Source of the DNA: a virus
Lineage: Duplodnaviria > Caudoviricetes
Reading direction: 5' to 3' (one strand)
Virus record (IMG/VR): IMGVR_UViG_3300047171_000080
Location: 520 to 64,519 of that record
Length of the DNA stretch: 64,000 nucleotides
The notes under the pieces: model-generated
Told to the model about the DNA's origin: nothing
The model's database searches: none
The model's input: the letters and a program-made list of their open reading frames with translations, nothing else
Program-made: the position numbers and the translations under genes
Part shown: positions 58,348-64,000 of the stretch, piece after piece
How the letters are laid out: each line of letters opens with the position of its first letter
How positions within the stretch are numbered: the first letter of the stretch is position 1

Positions 58348-58767
58348 ATGGACGAGACAGATGCGATTCGCGCGCGTGTTGCGGCGTCGTTATCGGCCTG
58401 GATGGCCCATGCTCGACTTAGTCCGACCGATCTCAACAAACGAACGAGTATTTCGCGCGATACCATCTACGCAATTAAGGACGGTAAGCGGCTGCCCGAA
58501 ATCGAAAATTTGGCGCTGCTTGCAAAAGAACTCGGGACTTCCGCCGGTGCGATCCTCGATGGTGTTATGCCTTCAGCTAACTTGCCTCTTGGCGCCGTCC
58601 CGTCGGCTTCGGAACTTCGACTAGCCGTAGCCCGGGCCGGAGAAGTGAAGGGGCTGTCGGACGATCTTGATGGCCTAATTCTAGCGCTTCAAGACGTTCT
58701 AAACGATCTCGGCGTGCAGCGCAACTTACGTGAATTGATTCGAGCGAAGCGGCTAATCGCTGGATAG
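58348..58767 (+). CDS. CI-like XRE repressor (no peptidase domain)
   Basis: LSPTDL...ISRDTIYAIKDGKRLPEIENL..LAKELG; divergent from the Cro-like gene. Confidence 0.8.
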   Translation: MDETDAIRARVAASLSAWMAHARLSPTDLNKRTSISRDTIYAIKDGKRLPEIENLALLAKELGTSAGAILDGVMPSANLPLGAVPSASELRLAVARAGEVKGLSDDLDGLILALQDVLNDLGVQRNLRELIRAKRLIAG

Positions 58768-59198
58768 GGTGTTGATGAGTCACGTGCTCACGCGCCCAAT
58801 CGAAGAGTGGAGTCTTGGAGTGCGCCACGATGGGCCTCACGCCGGATATCGACGCTCCACGATCGGGGCGCCCCGCTCGGCGTCCGGCCCGCCGAGGGCA
58901 GTATCGTAATCGAACATCTGTTCGCTCGCAAGTCTTGACTTACTTGGATCTGCACGGTCGGCTCCTGGACGGCAAATGCGGGCTGTGGATAGTCGAGGGT
59001 GGTGTGTAAATCGTCCGGTTTCGGTTCCTGGTCAGAATCCAACGCGCTGAACGCCAACTCCCTAGCGAAAAAATAAACTTCGTCGCGCGGAGCGTGAGCG
59101 GCGCCCCAATCTGTTAAGAGACGGCTAACCCGCTTCAGCGACGTTGGGTGCATTGCCGATAGTCGTGGCATGAACACGCTAGATATCGCTATCGCCTA

Positions 59199-60041
59199 GT
59201 GGGCAAAGTTGCGGGCATCGGCTGCCTTGGAATCATCGCCATTTTTGCGCTCATTTGGACCGTTGTCGGCGTCATGATGATTTTCGCACCAACCCCAGAA
59301 GCGCCACGATATCTAGGATTTTTCGCGCTAGCGCTAGAGGTCGCGGTTTTCGCTGGCATCCTGGCCGCTGCGACACAAGACCCAGTTATTCGAAGCCGAT
59401 CGATCGGCACGATCGTGGGCGCAGTCGTCACGATTTTCGTGTGCGTCGGAATGAACATGAATTCAAAACCGGCGTCGCAAGTTGCTCAGGCCGCGTCCAC
59501 CGATGCGCCCGTCGTCGCAGATGCGCCAACCGATCCGCCGGTGACCGCCGAGCCAACACCGAACGAGCACGACGCGCGCGAAAAGGTCCACGAGTACTGG
59601 GAACCCGTCATGACCGGGTTCGCATCGGCGAACGTCTTGCTGCAAGGCGCGGCGTATAGCGTTAGTCAAGGCGACAGCGTTCAGGCGCAGCAATATCTCA
59701 AAGAGGCATCGGAGTGGCTCGATCGCGTCAACGGAGCGGTGTCGTCCAACGTACCCGATGGCGACGACTGGTCGGCAATCTCCATGCATCTTGGCGAAGC
59801 CGCGCAACAAGAACGCAACGGAGTAAACGAAGCCGAGGACGCGCTCGATCAAGGGTCGTCGAAAAAATGGGCTGACGCGATCGATGATGCGAAAGAGGCT
59901 GGCGATCAGCTCGCAGATCAAACGCATCTAGCGCGCGTCTGGTACATTACGCACGGCGGCAGCGGTGCAGATCTAGACGACGAGCAGACAGCGACGAAGG
60001 CCGTCGACTCCATGCTCTCTGCGCTCGCCGGTTCCAAATGA
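59199..60041 (+). CDS. Membrane protein with extracytoplasmic helical domain
   Basis: Three TM segments, Pro/Thr/Ala linker, helical domain. Confidence 0.7.
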   Translation: MGKVAGIGCLGIIAIFALIWTVVGVMMIFAPTPEAPRYLGFFALALEVAVFAGILAAATQDPVIRSRSIGTIVGAVVTIFVCVGMNMNSKPASQVAQAASTDAPVVADAPTDPPVTAEPTPNEHDAREKVHEYWEPVMTGFASANVLLQGAAYSVSQGDSVQAQQYLKEASEWLDRVNGAVSSNVPDGDDWSAISMHLGEAAQQERNGVNEAEDALDQGSSKKWADAIDDAKEAGDQLADQTHLARVWYITHGGSGADLDDEQTATKAVDSMLSALAGSK

Positions 60042-60322
60042 TCGCGCGCGCTCTGTTCGGCGTCGCACTTGCGCTGGCGATCGCAGTATCGCCCGCGATC
60101 GCGAGTCGTCACCCGGTCGCGTCGGGGAGTCTGCAACTCTTCGCGACCGAGTCCGCCGCGCAGTCGCACTGTCCGAAAGACGAAGTCGTGTGGCTCAACA
60201 CGAACACCGGAATCTACCACGAAAAAGGCATGCGCTGGTACGGGCGCACGCACAACGGCGCCTACGTTTGCCGGGCGGAAGCCGACGCTGCGGGCGATCG
60301 CGATACGCGAAACGGACAATAG
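60038..60322 (+). CDS. Secreted small protein
   Basis: Signal peptide; CP.D.VVWLNT.TGIYH...WYG.T..GAY.C..EA. Confidence 0.7.
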   Translation: MIARALFGVALALAIAVSPAIASRHPVASGSLQLFATESAAQSHCPKDEVVWLNTNTGIYHEKGMRWYGRTHNGAYVCRAEADAAGDRDTRNGQ

Positions 60323-60440
60323 CATCCCGCGCATCGTACAAGCGCCGCACGGCGTCTGTCATTGGACGACGTAAATCGAAAGTAACCAGAAAATCTAAGA
60401 CCTCTGTTACTGTTTTACTAAAGTAACGAAATTTTTCGCC

Positions 60441-60668
60441 GTGGTGTCGGCTTTAATGGCAATAGGACAAATGGATAATACGTCCGGAGCGGATGATCTG
60501 CGCAAGCAGCCCGTCGACCTCGCGAAGATCCGCGAGATGAAAGCGGTCATCGCGCGCAAGATCGCGGACGGCGAAATGTCGCCTGAGGAAGGCGATCGCA
60601 TCTTCAAGGCGCTGACGTCGGACGCGCCGATCGCGGCGACAGAAGCGCGCCCGCTAAACGAATATTAG
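60441..60668 (+). CDS. Small hypothetical protein
   Basis: IADGEMSPEEG motif. Confidence 0.45.
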   Translation: MVSALMAIGQMDNTSGADDLRKQPVDLAKIREMKAVIARKIADGEMSPEEGDRIFKALTSDAPIAATEARPLNEY

Positions 60669-60680
60669 TCAGCCTCGAAG

Positions 60681-60723
60681 TGTTGACATGACACGCGCGC
60701 GGGTGTATAATGTTGACATGACA
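60681..60723 (+). promoter_or_regulatory. Perfect-consensus sigma70 promoter with two TGTTGACATGACA repeats
   Basis: TTGACA-17-TATAAT; ATG 6 nt downstream. Confidence 0.85.
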
Positions 60724-60954
60724 ACGAAGGCGCCGGACGGATTCATCGACATGATGCACCTCGTTTTGCGCCTCGTTCAGCGTCGCGTAACCTGGAGCGA
60801 AATCGACGCCGTCGTCGCAAATCCGCAGAAAACCGTCGCCGCCAAATTCGGCCGCACGAATTACTTCGGCGTCGTGAACGGCCGCCGACTCCGCGTCACG
60901 GTCGATTCCGAAGGCTTCGTGTGGACCGTCGCCATCGCAGAAAGAACAGTATGA
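60718..60954 (+). CDS. DUF4258-like (RelE-fold) toxin
   Basis: H...RLVQRRVT..EI..VV.NP...GRRLRV...TV. Confidence 0.7.
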   Translation: MTTKAPDGFIDMMHLVLRLVQRRVTWSEIDAVVANPQKTVAAKFGRTNYFGVVNGRRLRVTVDSEGFVWTVAIAERTV

Positions 60955-61211
60955 TCGTTGAACTTTCCCCGCGGGGATCAGCCTACATTCGATACCGCAC
61001 CGATCCCGTTGCCGAGCCCACCATGTTCGTAGGCGGCGAAGACTCTGAGGTCCTGGCCGACGTGAACGATCGCGGCGACATCATCGGCATCGAGATCGTT
61101 GACGTGAACGTGCCGGAGAGCGTGCAGCAAGCTCGTACGTTCGCCGCAGAGCGCGGCCTCGAGTTTCCGATTGATCTTCTCTCGGCGTCTAAGAGCATTC
61201 GTGTCGCTTGA
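60951..61211 (+). CDS. DUF2283-like antitoxin
   Basis: AYIR...ADVN.RGDIIGIEIVD. Confidence 0.75.
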   Translation: MIVELSPRGSAYIRYRTDPVAEPTMFVGGEDSEVLADVNDRGDIIGIEIVDVNVPESVQQARTFAAERGLEFPIDLLSASKSIRVA

Positions 61212-61469
61212 CGCCCGAACGTCGCGCCCAATTGACCGATGCGAAGCGGCGTCAACGCGCGCGCGCACGAGCGGCCGGTCTATGCATCACATGCGCTAAA
61301 GAGAAGCCTCCGAGCGGACACGTCACCTGTGCTACCTGCATCGAGGCGCGCGTCGCCGCACGTCGCGATTCTTGAAGAGGCAGCCGACGAAGATCGACCG
61401 CGCACCGATCCGCCGACGCCGGATCTCTACGAGTACTAGGGCTCGACCCAACGGCCGCGTGTGGGAAAA

Positions 61470-61760
61470 CTATGGTCGGTAGACGTCGTGCGTGCCGACG
61501 CGACGCCAGATGACATGCTTTTCGCCCGGCAAGATCTCTGCACCAAATTGGAACGTGGCGCGACCATCACCCTCGAAGTGGAACTCGAATAGATCCGGAT
61601 CCGAGCGCAGCCGTTCAATCCCTAGCGAAGCCCGCGGCGGACGCCCTGCCTTTAAGTCCTCAATGAACTTTTCGACGGCAGCTTTGAAGCGAGTGCGCTG
61701 CGTTTCAGTGAGGCCCTTAAGATCCTTTTTGAAACGATCGGTCTGATCGTATGTGGGCAA
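61470..61760 (-). CDS. RelE/YafQ-fold toxin
   Basis: T.RFKKDLK.L, GDGRATF, WRRVGTHD. Confidence 0.8.
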   Translation of the reverse strand: MPTYDQTDRFKKDLKGLTETQRTRFKAAVEKFIEDLKAGRPPRASLGIERLRSDPDLFEFHFEGDGRATFQFGAEILPGEKHVIWRRVGTHDVYRP

Positions 61761-61771
61761 AACGCACGCGC

Positions 61772-62032
61772 CTAGAGCGAATCCAGGAACTCTTCTGAGG
61801 ATTCATAGCGAGTAACGCGCCCGGCTGCGATGTCGTCATCTGCTTCGCGTTCACCGGCCTGCCATTCCGCAGTCCAAAACCAACGCTGTGGATCGGCAAT
61901 CATAACGATTACGGAATCGTCCGGATCTTGAGCGTACCCCTCGGGAAGCGACACACAAAATGCTGTACATCCCGCCGACGTACTCGGGCGCTCAGACTCC
62001 GTGAATCGGATCTCAGCCGGTGCAGTTATCAC
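61772..62032 (-). CDS. Antitoxin-like protein
   Basis: QRWFWTAEWQAGEREADDDIAAGRV....EEFL C-terminus; GTGA overlap start. Confidence 0.65.
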   Translation of the reverse strand: MITAPAEIRFTESERPSTSAGCTAFCVSLPEGYAQDPDDSVIVMIADPQRWFWTAEWQAGEREADDDIAAGRVTRYESSEEFLDSL

Positions 62033-62472
62033 GTCGCGCTCGCCGCGGATCCGGGTAGTGGAATCTGCGCGAGGCGCAAGATAAACGACGCGATCACTTT
62101 TCCTCGACTCAAAAAACGCACGGAATAATTCCCCGCCTTTGGCCATTGTGTGTTACCGAAGCCTACTACTGATTTGGCGTTGAAGTCGTCTGGCTTGAAG
62201 ACGACGTCTGGCACGGGTTGGACATTGATAGGATCGCCGTTCTCCGGCACGATGTCGACAACGCATTGCATCAAAAAACCCGAGAACTGTCGTTGAAACC
62301 CAAAAACGGCAAAGAAAGATGGTGTAGTCGCGGGAAACGAAAACGCGTTGATCTGATCCATCACCGTATGAAAATAAAGCCGCCGTTGCGGATCCTGACT
62401 GAAGTTTTCGCACGCAAAAGCCATCGTGATGTTGACATCCTGCGTGATAACAATCGGCTTTTCTTCACCCAT
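62029..62472 (-). CDS. DUF6941-like beta-sandwich protein
   Basis: ACE...D, FPAT, P.AGNY.V.F pattern. Confidence 0.55.
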   Translation of the reverse strand: MGEEKPIVITQDVNITMAFACENFSQDPQRRLYFHTVMDQINAFSFPATTPSFFAVFGFQRQFSGFLMQCVVDIVPENGDPINVQPVPDVVFKPDDFNAKSVVGFGNTQWPKAGNYSVRFLSRGKVIASFILRLAQIPLPGSAASAT

Positions 62473-62568
62473 TAATTAACGCTAGCCATCGAACGCGTGT
62501 TCGTCATCACGGCAGACCAATTCAACTTCTAGGTCGGAGAACCTAGGTTCGACCCGCGGTGTGACGGC

Positions 62569-63720
62569 TCACGCCGCCTTCTTCGGCCGATTTTTCCCAC
62601 GCATACGCTTGGGTTGCGCGACGAAGTCGCGCGTGACGCCGAGTAGATCTCCCATGCGCGCGGCCGCGGCTTTCCCCATGCCAGGCATCGTGTGCGCATA
62701 CAGATCCAACGTGACTCGCACGCTCGAGTGCCCGAGCAGCTCGGAAACAACCTTCGGGTTCTCGCCGGCACCAAGTAGCAGCGTGGCGCACGTGTGCCGC
62801 AGATCGTGGAAGCGAACACGGCGGACGCCCGCGCGCTCGAGCGCCGGAAAGAAATGTCGGCGCTCGAAGTTCGATGCGTGCAGCGCGGTCCCGCGATCGG
62901 TGCAGAACACGAGGTTCGTCTTGGCTTCGAGCGCGCGCCAGCGATGCCGATGTGCCCGTAGCTCGTCGATAACGGTCGCTGGCACGTCGATCTTGCGCTT
63001 CGACGTCTTGGACTTCGGCCGCCCGAACGTCCGGTCGTCTTTGAGCGCTTGGCGCACAAGCATCGTGCCGGCGTCGAGGTTTACTTCGCGCCAGTGCAAT
63101 CCGGAGATCTCGCCGAGTCGAAGACCCGTCGCGATCGCGAGATGGAAGACGGCGCGGTAGCGATCGTCGGCGACAGCCGCGAGCAGCGCGCGCGCTTCGT
63201 CCGCCGTTAGGAAGTCGATCTCGCGTTCTTCTTTCGGCCGCGTGACTCCGACGATCGGACTCGCAACGAGGATGCGGTCTTGCTTGACCGCCCAGTTGAG
63301 GACGACGCGCAACGTGTCGTACGCGACGCGTACGGGTGACTCGCTCTTGCCGTCTGCACGAAGCCGATCGAGCGCCGCGATGATCTGGCGATGCGTGATG
63401 CTGTCGAGTCGGATGTGGCCGAGCGACGGTTCGACGAGCGCCATGCCGTATCGGTAGTTTCGAATCGTTTTCGCTTCACGCACGCGGGCGCGCTGCGCGA
63501 TCCACGACTCGAAGTACTCGGCAAGCTTCGGTGCGGCTTCCACGCCCTTGCGCTGGCCGTATTTCGCCTGCAGCTCGGCGAGTTTCTTACGCGCCTCGGG
63601 CATCGTGTCCGCGCGAGCGGTTACGCGACGTCGTTTGCCGTCGACGGACCCGAGCGAGATGCGAACTTCGTAGCGACCGTCGGAGCGCGGGCCGTGGATC
63701 GATCCCGATCCCCAAGGCAT
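62569..63720 (-). CDS. int: Tyrosine recombinase (phage integrase)
   Basis: TGLRLGEI, PKSK, FHDLRH, LGHS and YAH catalytic motifs; GSGSI arm-binding N-terminus. Confidence 0.95.
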   Translation of the reverse strand: MPWGSGSIHGPRSDGRYEVRISLGSVDGKRRRVTARADTMPEARKKLAELQAKYGQRKGVEAAPKLAEYFESWIAQRARVREAKTIRNYRYGMALVEPSLGHIRLDSITHRQIIAALDRLRADGKSESPVRVAYDTLRVVLNWAVKQDRILVASPIVGVTRPKEEREIDFLTADEARALLAAVADDRYRAVFHLAIATGLRLGEISGLHWREVNLDAGTMLVRQALKDDRTFGRPKSKTSKRKIDVPATVIDELRAHRHRWRALEAKTNLVFCTDRGTALHASNFERRHFFPALERAGVRRVRFHDLRHTCATLLLGAGENPKVVSELLGHSSVRVTLDLYAHTMPGMGKAAAARMGDLLGVTRDFVAQPKRMRGKNRPKKAA

Positions 63721-63761
63721 CTTTTTCACGCGCCCGTTTTGCGCCCAAGTTGGTCGTACGC

Positions 63762-63785
63762 CTGCGATTTCTGCGATTTCTGCGA
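63762..63785. repeat. Tandem 9-bp CTGCGATTT repeats in the att arm region
   Basis: Copies at 63762 and 63771, partial copy at 63780. Confidence 0.6.
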
Positions 63786-63840
63786 CATTTCGGAGCGCTC
63801 GAATTTCTGTGTTACAAAATCCCACAAACGCCCGTAGAAT

Positions 63841-63868
63841 AAGAAAAAGCCCGTGGTTACGGGCTTTT
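63841..63868 (-). terminator. Terminator downstream of the tRNA (bidirectional-type)
   Basis: AAAAGCCCGT-GGTT-ACGGGCTTTT. Confidence 0.8.
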
Positions 63869-63873
63869 AGAAT

Positions 63874-63949
63874 TGGCTCCCGAATCTGGACTCGAACCAG
63901 AGACCCGCTGATTAACAGTCAGCTGCTCTACCAACTGAGCTATTCGGGA
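63874..63949 (-). tRNA. tRNA-Asn (GTT), probable integration target
   Basis: 76-nt cloverleaf TCCCGAATAGCTCAGTTGGTAGAGC...CTGTTAA...GGTTCGAGTCC...GCCA. Confidence 0.96.
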
Positions 63950-64000
63950 ACGGCTGATAGGCCGACCAGCGCAATTCTGCATGGCCGTCGGCACCCCTCC

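Larger units (their letters stand above)
1..63873 (-). mobile_element. Temperate prophage (myovirus-like), integrated at tRNA-Asn; left end outside the window
   Basis: Canonical order integrase-immunity-replication-packaging-head-tail-lysis; integrase abuts the tRNA 3' end. Confidence 0.93.

Noticed and set aside
1-63873. Genome-wide stop-codon recoding
   Set aside because: TAG, TGA and TAA all end well-recognised genes with tight coupling; only isolated in-frame continuations were seen

Overview
Nearly the whole window is one high-GC temperate prophage of myovirus (contractile-tail) type. It is integrated at the 3' end of an intact tRNA-Asn(GTT) gene at the right edge (63874-63949, minus strand) and runs off the left edge, so the second att site is not visible. 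From right to left it carries a tyrosine integrase, two type II toxin-antitoxin-like cassettes, membrane and secreted accessory genes, a CI/Cro-like switch, an excisionase-like HTH, and a recombination/replication block (DdrB-like protein, KTSC, an initiator with internal iterons, DnaB-like helicase, PD-(D/E)XK nuclease, Gp37/Gp68 protein, RusA-like resolvase, HerA-like ATPase, DEDDh exonuclease). Many small ORFs follow, then terminase, portal, scaffold, capsid, a phage Prp protease, neck/fibre genes, a stand-alone CheY-like receiver, sheath, tube, a frameshifted tail chaperone, tape measure, baseplate genes and a three-enzyme peptidoglycan/lysis cassette. The most notable observations are: (1) a stand-alone ~180-nt ncRNA unit containing a 72-nt tmRNA/tRNA-Ala-like domain and a complementary trailer; (2) a DdrB homolog in the phage recombinase slot; (3) a phage Prp protease with matching L27-like cleavage motifs on scaffold and capsid; (4) paired GGAU-loop hairpins before terS, scaffold and capsid; (5) in-frame poly-G tracts that could phase-vary. 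All family assignments come from motif recognition by eye; no database searches were run.
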